Shown in pieces: positions 9,192 to 18,377 of a DNA stretch of 43,608 nucleotides. Made by a program: the position numbers and the translations under genes. Position 1 is the first letter of the stretch, and each line of letters starts with the position of its first letter. The DNA comes from Gemmatimonadaceae bacterium. GTDB taxonomy: Bacteria; Gemmatimonadota; Gemmatimonadetes; Gemmatimonadales; Gemmatimonadaceae. The notes under the pieces were generated by a model. That model did not search any database. It was not told where the DNA came from and saw only the letters and a list, made by a program, of their open reading frames with translations. Location of the stretch: positions 1 through 43,608 of the forward strand of contig JBGAJQ010000052.1 in the NCBI GenBank assembly GCA_044224875.1, in the 5' to 3' direction.

Positions 9192-12100
9192 ATGATGGGT
9201 GGACACGGCGGTGTTGGACGCGCCTTCCTGCTGGCAGCGGGCATTGCGGGCGCGACGCGTCCCCGGCATTGGTGGACGCGGACGATCGCGACGTTCGCGG
9301 TCGCGATGATGGCCCACGCGGCACTTGCGCCGCTGGCCGGACAGACCGGGTCCATGCGCCTGACCCTGCCGTCACCAACCGCCGCATCCCTCGGCAGGTT
9401 CGGCGACGTGCCGGTGAACCTCTATTCCGGCGTTCCCGACATCTCCGTCCCGCTCTTTACGGTCAAGGGGCGGACGTTGGAGCTGCCGATTGCGCTGCGA
9501 TATCACGCGGCTGGCATTCGGGTGGAGGAGGTGGGCGGATGGGTCGGTATCGGCTGGGCCCTCGATGCGGGAGGGACCATTACCCGCACCGTGCGCGGCC
9601 TCGCGGACGAGTCGGCGAACGGGTACTGGAACACCGGGCAAACGTTCTACAACGCGACGAACTATCCGAACCCGCCGTCCTCGATCGTGTCCTCGATCGA
9701 GGCGGAGACCATCGACGGCGAGCCCGACCAGTTCTTCTTCTCGTTCGCCGGCCGGTCCGGACAGTTCGTGATGGGCCCGACGACGGTGAGCGGCACGGTC
9801 AAGGAAGTGCGCGCGGTCCCGCATCAGAAGCTGCGCATCTCGCCGACGATCTCGGGTGGCGCCATTGCCTCCTGGGTCATGAAGACTGAGGATGGAACCA
9901 TCTACACGTTTGGCGCCGTCGAGACGAATACCGACTGGAACACGACCTCACCGGCAGGCGTGATTCCGGTGCACAACAACGACCCGTACCCTTCTGCGTG
10001 GCATCTCACGCAGATCAAGACGCCCGGTGGGGACGTGATCTCGTTTGCGTACACGACGTATGGCACCCGATTCCGCATCGGCGCGTACCGCGAAAACTTC
10101 GATCAGATCGTTACCAATCCATCCGGCGCGTCCTGCGTCTCTCCGCAGTTCGACGTCACCAACGAGTATGCGGTGGCCTCGCAGCGCCTCACCACGATCA
10201 CGTCGGCTGCGCACACCGTCACGTTCTACGCGACCAACAACCGCACGGATGCGCTGTCGCCGACCGGCACGCAGCAGGAGAAGATGCTCGACTCGATGCG
10301 CGTGACCACGCCGGCGGGCGTTCTCGTGCGGCGTTTCGTGTTCGACCACGACTACTCCACCGGTCGCCTGACACTGACGAATGTTTACGAGAAGGACGCA
10401 TCCAACAACTCCCTGCCCCCGTACACGTTCACCTACAACACGAGTACCACCCTACCGGCCTACAGTTCGTTCGCCCTCGATCATTGGGGGTACTACAACG
10501 GCAGGGTGCTGAACACAACGCAGATCCCGACGGTGGTGGCGCCGAACGGATCGGTGCTCTCGGGCGGCGACCGTAGCCCTGACTCGACGAACATGCGGGC
10601 CGGTGTCCTGACGCGGATAACCTTCCCCACCGGCGGCTACAACGAATTCGTGTACGAGTCGAACGACTATGGGGCCATTTCGCAGTCGGGCACCGTGCCG
10701 ATGGACAAGGGGGTCCTGCACCACATCACGGCCAACGCGCCTGCCTTCGCCGGCCCCGTGACCACGCCGTTCACCGTCGGCGGGTCAACGTCGGTCGTCG
10801 CGCGGGTCACCGTCAGCCTGACCAATGCGTGCGGGAACATGGTCGGCTGCCCCAACGCCATGATCCCGGGAAAGAAGACGTGGACCGCGAACACCACGTC
10901 TGAGAACCTCAACCTCGCACCCGGCAGTTACAACGCCATCGCCGATGACGGTCAGGCCGGCGGAACGGCCTTCATCTCCGTCGATTGGGAAGAAGTCGGA
11001 CCCGTGGGGAAAAAGCTCGGCGGTGGCCTCCGCGTTGCCGAAATCCGCACAGCCGACGCGATGGGCAACGTTACGTATCGGAAGTACAAGTACACCCTCC
11101 TGAGCGATCCGACCAAGTCGAGCGGCGTCATCAGCGCAGAGCCCGCGTACGCCTTCCAGTACGGCACCCCTGGCGTCTCGCAGTGCGCCTATTTCTCTCG
11201 CTCATCGCAGTCGCGCATGCCGCTCGGCAGCGGCCCGATCGTCGGCTATTCCGAGGTCACCGTCTGGCAGGGCGCGAACGGCGAGTTCGGCAAGACGCGG
11301 CACACCTTCCGGTCCGTCCTCAATGCTGACGACGACGCGGTGCCCCCGGCGCTCACCAAGTGGCCGTTCTACAAGCGCACGAGTCGCGAGTACAAACGCG
11401 GCCTGACGCTGAGCTCGACCGACTATAATGCGGCGGGCCAGACCCAGCGAAGCACCACGTCGACCTATGTGTTCAAGGATGAAGCGCCGATCGACACCGC
11501 GACGACGCGGAACTATCCGGCCATCTCCATCCATGCGTTCAGCAGTGGGCTCTATGGCAGCACGGTGCTCTCGAACGCGTACTACGCGATCTCGGCGTGG
11601 AACTTCCAGGACACGGAGACATCGACCGTCTATGACACGACGGGTGCGACGTCATTCTCCAGCACCAGGACGTTCGTTCGGGCCAACCCCAAGCACCTGC
11701 AGCTCACCCAGGTGACCGAGACGAATTCGGACGGCACGCAGCGCATCACCAACTTGAAGTATCCGGCCGACTACGCGGCCGGTTCGGGCAACGTCGAAGC
11801 GACGGCGCTCACGGCCATGCAGGATACGTTCAACATCCAGAACGCGGTGATCGAGCGCTGGGTCGTGAAGCGCGCGGGAGGTGCGGACTCGGTCGTCCAG
11901 GGCGACATCACGACCTTCAAGCTCGCGACCGCCGGAACGGCGCAGTACCTCCCGTATCAGCGCTTCAGCTTCAACAACCCCAGCCCGCTTGTTGCCGCGA
12001 GCTACGTGCCCTCGACCGTCAGCGGCTCGTTCACCAAGGACAGCCGGTACCTGACCGAAGAGACCGCCAACACCTATGACACCTTCGGCCGGCTGACCCA

Positions 12101-15100
12101 GCTGACGGACGCACGCGCAAAGGTGACGAACTACACCTACGGCGGGAACACCAACAATGCCTTCCTCGTCTCGGTGACCAAGGTGCACGACGCCAGCGGA
12201 CCCGCGGACCTCGTCACCAACGTCGCCTACGGGACCGATGGCTTCGTGTCGTCCATCCAGGACGAGGGTGGCACCTTCCGCCGCTTCACGTACGACGGCT
12301 TTGGGCGACTGCGCACCATCCAGAACAACGGCAGTACCGCGGTGAAGAGCTACGGCTACACGTATTCCCGCACCCCAACCGCTTGGACGTTCAACCCGGC
12401 GGTGCCGAACACGGTCGTGGACACGACCTGGCTCCAGGTGGGGACCGGGGTCCCGACCACGACGTACATCGACGGGTTGGGGCGGGCCATCCAGAGCGTC
12501 GTGCGGGAGAACGCATCCACATTCCATGTCAGCGCGACGGACTACGATGCGATGGGTCGCCCGTGGCGGACCTGGAAGCCATACATCCGCAGTAGCGGCA
12601 CCTACGATGCGAGTGTGCGTGCGAGCGACTCAGCGTTCTACGCGACTTACCTGGGCCAGACACTCCCGAAGCCGTGGGTCGAAACGCAGTACCGTGCCGA
12701 GCCCATGAATAGGGTCACCAAGGTCATTCCGGAGTACGTTGGCAGCAGCCCCACCGTGTTCACCCTGCAGGGCTACGGGATAGATGCTGTCAACAAGCAG
12801 CAGATCACGGAGGTGACGGACGAGTCGGCGAAGAAGACGCGGAGCTTCGCCGACGTGTTCGGGAACGGGGTGAAGACGATCCTCGGCTTCGGGGCCGCCG
12901 AGGCAACGACGACCACGCTGACCCCGAACGTGCTGGGGCAGCGGATCAAGGTGCTGGACCCACGCAACCTGCAGACGACGTACGCGCTGGACACGCGCGG
13001 CCTGCTCACGAGCCGCATCAGTCCCGACGCGGGCACCGTCAGCTCGAAGTATGACAACGGGCGCAACCTGCGATTCGCGCAGGATGCGAATCAGGCCGCG
13101 CTGGGGACCGTGGCGTTCACCAGCTATGACTTCGCCAACCGACCGCTGACGTCCGGCGTGGGCACGGCCACATTCAGCAGTCTCGATCCGAACGCGGTAC
13201 CAACGGCGCTCGAGACGACGAACGCCAACTGGCTCGTCGTCCGGCAGTATGACGCCAAGCCGAATACCGCGAACTTCCCCTGGAGCCGCTTCAGCACGCA
13301 GATCACGCCCCTGACGCTGAGCAACGTGAGCGGGCGATTGGCGGCGGTAGCCAGCAAGTCGAACGGGGCGTGGCAGGTGACGTTATTCAGCTACGACGCG
13401 GACGGGCGGGTGGCGAAGCGCTACCTGTACACGGAGGCGAACGGCGGCGCGTCCGTGCTGACGAACCTGAACACCAGCATCACGTACGTCCGCGATCTGC
13501 GCGACGCGCTCGTGCAACGGTCGGACACGACCGGGACCAGCGTCTTCTACCAGTGGTCCGACTACGACGGACGCGGGCTCTTGTGGAAGGTCTCGGCGGC
13601 CACGACGAACGTGAAGCCGGGAACGCCGGACGTGACGTACACGTACCGGCCGAGCGGGCAGGTGGCGAGCCGGCTGTACTCGGGCGGGCCGACAGTGCCG
13701 ATCACGTACACGATCCGGGAGCAGCTCGCGCAGATCGGGGACCCGGCGGGGACGACCTATCCCTTCAGCGCCAAGTACAGCTACAACGCGAACTCCACGA
13801 TTTCCACGGGGGAGTTCTACAGTGGCGGTTCGCCGGCGGCGAACAAGCGGTACAAGTACGATTTCCCGACGTACGACGCGCTCAATCGGCTCAAGAGCGC
13901 GGACTATTCGTTCTGGAACGGGAGCGCGTGGACGGCGAGCACGGCGTACGACCTGCCGAGCATCAGCTACGATGCCAACGGGAACCTGACGGCGCTGCAG
14001 CGGAACAAGGAGACCGGGGCGCTGATCGACAACCTGACGTATACCATCGCGCCGCCCAGCAACCGGCTGAACTCGATCAGCGATGCCGTGGGGGCCACCG
14101 CGGAGACGTGGGATGCGGAGGCGGGGAGCTTCACGTACGATGCGAACGGGAACCAGCTCACCGCGCCCGGGCCGTACTCGATAACCTCGACGATCTACGA
14201 TCCGCGCAACCTACCCCTGAGCATCACGATCGCGGGGACGACGACGAACTATCGGTACGACGACGCTGGGCAGCGGATCACGAAGCAGGTGGGGGCCGGG
14301 AACACCGAAGTCTATGTGAAGGAAGGGACGACGACGTTAGGCGTGTTCACGGTGAACGCCGGCGGGACGGTGACGAGTTCGTACTTCAACCTGCTGGCCG
14401 GCGATCGCGTGGTGGGCCGGCAGCCCAGTGCGGGGAGCCGGAGCTACTACCATACGGACCTGTTAGGCAGCACGCGGAGCGTGGTGCAGGGTGTGACGAT
14501 CACGGAGAGCTACGATCCGGATCCCTGGGGCGTGCTGATGCCGGGGCGGACGCTCGGCTCGGGGACGAAGGAAGGGTTCACGAGCAAGGAGCGGGACGCC
14601 GAGAGCCAGATGGACTACTTCGGGGCGCGGTACTACCTGGCGGCAGTGGGGAGGTGGGCAGCCGTTGATCCGGCGCCGTACTCGGATCGAGCACCGGCGT
14701 GGTCGCCCTACGCGTATGTCCGTGACGAGCCCAACGCGAATTTCGATTTGTTCGGGATGCTGGGCTGCTCAATTCAAAATCAGAAGGCCTGTCCGCGATC
14801 GACCGCCGGCGTATCCCGGGGTGCGCTCACCGTCCTGGCGAAGACGTCCCCCGCGATTGCAGCAGCGATTCTGCAATCAGGGAAGATCACCGTGACCACC
14901 GCAGTGACGGGCGAAGTTGGCGGGATGATCGCGGGTCGGGTCATTACAGGGGCGAGGGGCGCGATCGCGAGTTATCGGGCAGCGCGGGTCGCGACGACCG
15001 GAGCGGAGGCAGCGGAGACTGCCGCAGCAGCTGAAGTCCGAGGCTTCACGTTCCGAGGCGACACGCGCTCGCCTAGCACCATCTTTGAGGAAGGCTTCAC

Positions 15101-15392
15101 CGCAGAGGGTTCAAGTACGGACCTATATGCGCACGCATTGGACAGCTCTCGTCCTCCGAGCGCATTTATCGCGACTTCGGAGTCAGCGGACGTTGCTGCT
15201 GGGTTTGCCGACAATGTCTATGTCGTTAGGCCCAGAGGCGGAGTAAGTGTCAACCAGGTTCTCGGGCCCCGAAGTCCATTTCCGAGGGAGATGGAGATCG
15301 CCGTTCCGTGGAGAATTAGCCCGGCCGACGTGCGTGGCGTGACGATGACGCGGCAAGGCGTATCTCTCCTGAATCCGAACTGGGTACCATGA
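9192..15392 (+). CDS. rhs: Large YD/RHS repeat polymorphic toxin with C-terminal ADP-ribosyltransferase
   Basis: Signal-like N-terminus, YD repeats, Rhs core (YYHTDLLGSTR, FTSKERDAES..DYFGARYY, SPYAYVRDEPNANFDLFG). C-terminus FRGDTRSP...FIATS...REMEIAV (R-S-E ART motifs). Confidence 0.9.
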   Translation: MMGGHGGVGRAFLLAAGIAGATRPRHWWTRTIATFAVAMMAHAALAPLAGQTGSMRLTLPSPTAASLGRFGDVPVNLYSGVPDISVPLFTVKGRTLELPIALRYHAAGIRVEEVGGWVGIGWALDAGGTITRTVRGLADESANGYWNTGQTFYNATNYPNPPSSIVSSIEAETIDGEPDQFFFSFAGRSGQFVMGPTTVSGTVKEVRAVPHQKLRISPTISGGAIASWVMKTEDGTIYTFGAVETNTDWNTTSPAGVIPVHNNDPYPSAWHLTQIKTPGGDVISFAYTTYGTRFRIGAYRENFDQIVTNPSGASCVSPQFDVTNEYAVASQRLTTITSAAHTVTFYATNNRTDALSPTGTQQEKMLDSMRVTTPAGVLVRRFVFDHDYSTGRLTLTNVYEKDASNNSLPPYTFTYNTSTTLPAYSSFALDHWGYYNGRVLNTTQIPTVVAPNGSVLSGGDRSPDSTNMRAGVLTRITFPTGGYNEFVYESNDYGAISQSGTVPMDKGVLHHITANAPAFAGPVTTPFTVGGSTSVVARVTVSLTNACGNMVGCPNAMIPGKKTWTANTTSENLNLAPGSYNAIADDGQAGGTAFISVDWEEVGPVGKKLGGGLRVAEIRTADAMGNVTYRKYKYTLLSDPTKSSGVISAEPAYAFQYGTPGVSQCAYFSRSSQSRMPLGSGPIVGYSEVTVWQGANGEFGKTRHTFRSVLNADDDAVPPALTKWPFYKRTSREYKRGLTLSSTDYNAAGQTQRSTTSTYVFKDEAPIDTATTRNYPAISIHAFSSGLYGSTVLSNAYYAISAWNFQDTETSTVYDTTGATSFSSTRTFVRANPKHLQLTQVTETNSDGTQRITNLKYPADYAAGSGNVEATALTAMQDTFNIQNAVIERWVVKRAGGADSVVQGDITTFKLATAGTAQYLPYQRFSFNNPSPLVAASYVPSTVSGSFTKDSRYLTEETANTYDTFGRLTQLTDARAKVTNYTYGGNTNNAFLVSVTKVHDASGPADLVTNVAYGTDGFVSSIQDEGGTFRRFTYDGFGRLRTIQNNGSTAVKSYGYTYSRTPTAWTFNPAVPNTVVDTTWLQVGTGVPTTTYIDGLGRAIQSVVRENASTFHVSATDYDAMGRPWRTWKPYIRSSGTYDASVRASDSAFYATYLGQTLPKPWVETQYRAEPMNRVTKVIPEYVGSSPTVFTLQGYGIDAVNKQQITEVTDESAKKTRSFADVFGNGVKTILGFGAAEATTTTLTPNVLGQRIKVLDPRNLQTTYALDTRGLLTSRISPDAGTVSSKYDNGRNLRFAQDANQAALGTVAFTSYDFANRPLTSGVGTATFSSLDPNAVPTALETTNANWLVVRQYDAKPNTANFPWSRFSTQITPLTLSNVSGRLAAVASKSNGAWQVTLFSYDADGRVAKRYLYTEANGGASVLTNLNTSITYVRDLRDALVQRSDTTGTSVFYQWSDYDGRGLLWKVSAATTNVKPGTPDVTYTYRPSGQVASRLYSGGPTVPITYTIREQLAQIGDPAGTTYPFSAKYSYNANSTISTGEFYSGGSPAANKRYKYDFPTYDALNRLKSADYSFWNGSAWTASTAYDLPSISYDANGNLTALQRNKETGALIDNLTYTIAPPSNRLNSISDAVGATAETWDAEAGSFTYDANGNQLTAPGPYSITSTIYDPRNLPLSITIAGTTTNYRYDDAGQRITKQVGAGNTEVYVKEGTTTLGVFTVNAGGTVTSSYFNLLAGDRVVGRQPSAGSRSYYHTDLLGSTRSVVQGVTITESYDPDPWGVLMPGRTLGSGTKEGFTSKERDAESQMDYFGARYYLAAVGRWAAVDPAPYSDRAPAWSPYAYVRDEPNANFDLFGMLGCSIQNQKACPRSTAGVSRGALTVLAKTSPAIAAAILQSGKITVTTAVTGEVGGMIAGRVITGARGAIASYRAARVATTGAEAAETAAAAEVRGFTFRGDTRSPSTIFEEGFTAEGSSTDLYAHALDSSRPPSAFIATSESADVAAGFADNVYVVRPRGGVSVNQVLGPRSPFPREMEIAVPWRISPADVRGVTMTRQGVSLLNPNWVP

Positions 15393-15793
15393 GCGAAACG
15401 ACAATGCTTCGTCTGCAACGCCGAGACGGCTCCTACGAAACCGTTCGACTGGACATTGCAGATGGCCCGCCGTGGAACCTCACCCTACATCTTCAAGATG
15501 CAGTGCGTGAGATCCAAGGTCGCGATCTCTTCGACGCCCTTATGAACCTCCGTCGGGACCTAGAACGAGCCGGCGTCAGAGTGCTCTGTGCGGGGGCCCG
15601 GTGCAATGTGTTTCCCTCCGGCATGTCGCGGTCAATGAGCGCTGGCCGAAAGGCCTATCGCCTGATCATGGGCCATCCAGCTGCGGGGCGTGACCTGGTG
15701 GACATCTTTGAGCCCGCCGATGAACAGGATCTGTGTACGGTCGAAGAGCAGGAGGCGTTCTTCGCCGCCTGGCTGCGTTCCATCGGAGACTGA
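15389..15793 (+). CDS. Putative immunity protein of the Rhs ART toxin
   Basis: ATGA overlap with the toxin stop; 134 aa, no signal peptide; GAR.NVFPSGMSRSM..GRKAY motif. Confidence 0.7.
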   Translation: MSETTMLRLQRRDGSYETVRLDIADGPPWNLTLHLQDAVREIQGRDLFDALMNLRRDLERAGVRVLCAGARCNVFPSGMSRSMSAGRKAYRLIMGHPAAGRDLVDIFEPADEQDLCTVEEQEAFFAAWLRSIGD

Positions 15794-16014
15794 TGAGAGG
15801 CAAACGCGGGAGACCCTTGCCCCAGGAGGTGGAAGAGGCAACGCGGAATCCGAATGGCTGGGTATACCGCATCGCGGGGTCGTTCCCGGCGGTGGAAGCA
15901 GTGCCCCCTGAAGCAATTGTCGGCGCGTGGAAGGTGGATGCCCAAGGAATGATCGTTGGCCAATTCGTGGTGAATCCGAAGCACGACGCGAACCGATGGC
16001 CGACACCCGAATGA
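15793..16014 (+). CDS. Small protein resembling the C-terminal half of an ART fold; second immunity/accessory candidate
   Basis: TGATG coupling; NPNGWVYRI...VPPEAIVGAWKVD..G...NPKH. Confidence 0.6.
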   Translation: MRGKRGRPLPQEVEEATRNPNGWVYRIAGSFPAVEAVPPEAIVGAWKVDAQGMIVGQFVVNPKHDANRWPTPE

Positions 16015-16137
16015 GTGCAGGAGCGGGCGCGATGGTGTCCGCCCACGGTGCGGCCAAGGTCAACGACTTAGAACGCGAGAGGGTACGCGGCCGAAAGCTG
16101 TGCAGGGGTGCACGCATCTAGGAGCACGTTCAGGTGG

Positions 16138-17430
16138 TACGACGCTAGCGGGAACCTGACGGCGCTGCAGCGGAACATGGAGACCGGGGCGCTGATTGAC
16201 AACCTGACGTACACGATCGCGCCGGCGAGCAATCGCTTGAATTCCATCGCGGATGCCGTCGGAGTGACCGCCGAGACGTGGGACGCCGAGGCCGGCAGCT
16301 TCACGTACGATGCCAATGGGAACCAGCTCACCGCGCCGGGGCCGTACTCGATTACCGCGACGACGTACGATCCGCGCAACCTGCCGCTGTCAATTACGAT
16401 GCGCCGGGACGACCACGAACTACCGCTACGACGACGCGGGGCAGCGGATCACGAAGCAGGTCGGGCGGGGAACACGGAAGTCTATGTCAAGGAAGGAACG
16501 ACGACGTTAGGCGTGTTCACGGTGAATGCCGGCGGGACCGTGACCTCGTCGTACTTCAACTTGCTGGCTGGTGATCGCGTGGTCGGTCGGCAGCCGAATG
16601 CGGGGAGCCGGAGCTACTACCACACGGACCTGTTAGGCAGCACGCGGAGCGTGGTGCAGGGGGTGACGATCACGGAGAGTTACGATCCGGATCCGTGGGG
16701 CGTGCTGATGCCGGGGCGCACGCTGGGCAGCGGGACGAAGGAAGGGTTTACGAGCAAGGAGCGGGACGCCGAGAGCCAGATGGACTACTTCGGGGCCCGA
16801 TATTACCTGGCGGCGGTGGGGAGGTGGGGGAGTGTGGATCCAGCGCCGTATGCAGATCGCTGGCCGCAATGGACGCCATACCAGTACGGACGCGACGACC
16901 CAGCGCGTCAGGTCGACGGGTTGGGACTGTGCGTGTCCAAGGACCGCAATTGTGAGTACTTGGTTCGATTCCTGCGACAACAGCGAGGAAAAGAGTTCAA
17001 GCTGGCCGCCGATCGATTCGACGCGCAGAAAACTGGTCGAGTCTACTTTTACTCGCGAGACATGAGCCCCACGCGGGGCGATGCGAGAAAGGTCGATGGC
17101 GACCCCAAGACGTATCGGCTAGGAAGTACACGCGACAAGGGCGGCGATGTGTTCCTGCGAGGCGACATCTCCGCGGCAGACTTCCTCGTGACAGCGGTAC
17201 ACGAGTCGGTTCATCTTGCAGGCGAGCCGGGCGAAACCGTACCAACATACGCCGCGTATCGCGCTTTCCGGCAATTATCACCGGCTGAGCGAACACAAGC
17301 CATATTCAACGCAAACAGTTTCTACGTGCTTTGGGGCGATCGCTACGGCGTGCCACTCTCCGCCCGCATAACGGAACCACGCATTCAGCAACGTTACTTT
17401 GTCCCGCCCGTAGATCCTCAGGAGCGCTGA
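16138..17430 (+). pseudogene. Orphan Rhs module 1: core end plus HExxH metallopeptidase-like toxin
   Basis: Near-copy of main rhs ~13968-14710, with compensating indels at ~16400-16465; PARQVDGLG boundary; AVHESVH motif at ~17200. Confidence 0.8.
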
Positions 17431-17433
17431 ACA

Positions 17434-18034
17434 ATGTATTCACCGGCCCCACTACAGCGGTCATGTCGATACGCAGCGCTAAGCGCTCTTGGCTTCGCCT
17501 TAGCCTCGGCCGCGTGCACAGGTGCGGAACGACCCGAAGGCAACGCCGGCACGGCTCGGAGGCAAATTGCGGCCGTCGCAGCTGCTCAGCGGCGACTCTG
17601 GCCTCAAGCTGACCGCGTTCGTCCTGCAAGACACGCTGGATTCACACTCGCTAGGGCTCGGCTACGTCATTTCCACTGGACGCAGGGGCAGTCGCCTTGT
17701 TCTGGATCCGCGGTTCTTCACCGTGCAGATCCACGACGAAGAGGGAAGAGACGTACCGACAGCGGTCGTAAATTGGACTGGGTCCTTGGGTGATGCGGCC
17801 ATCGTATTGCCGATGGGAGGATTCGTCGGTCGGACGTTTTCGTTAGCCTGCGCCCGCCTCGGCGTCAATCAGACGACGGAGTGCGACCGGATCTTTTCGC
17901 CATTGCACACGGGCAGATACGTGGCGGTCGTGCGCTATGAACAACCTGCGCCGCCCGATTCTGTGGCGCTTCCTCGGGGGCGCGCCGTCGTGGATTCCGT
18001 GTCCTTCTTCTTTGTGACGCCACGCGCGCCCTAG
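17434..18034 (+). CDS. Putative lipoprotein immunity protein (frameshifted)
   Basis: Starts 3 nt after the toxin stop; lipobox ASAAC; continues in the frame of ORF 17522-18034 as a beta-rich domain. Confidence 0.55.
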
Positions 18035-18377
18035 TCGGCGGTGCGAAGGAAGACACCCTCGCGAGCGGTTCCTGTGCCGATGTGCCGGTTCTCCTGTGGA
18101 CAATATGAATCGGCTCGGTGCTCGAGACACTATTTGAGCTGTTCGGATCCGGACTGGCTGAGGCACCAGCGCGCTGCCGAGTCGTGACGACGCTCGTTGT
18201 GCCGCGGGACGGCTACGTTGAGGCGGCCTTGGACCCGAACACGACGAACGCCGCCATCTGGATCACCACCTCAACTGGCTGGTCGCGCGGAAGTATGACG
18301 CCAAGCCGCTGACGGGCGTCAACGACTTCCCGTGGAATCGGTTCGCGACGCAAATCAACGCGCTCACGCTCAGTAGT

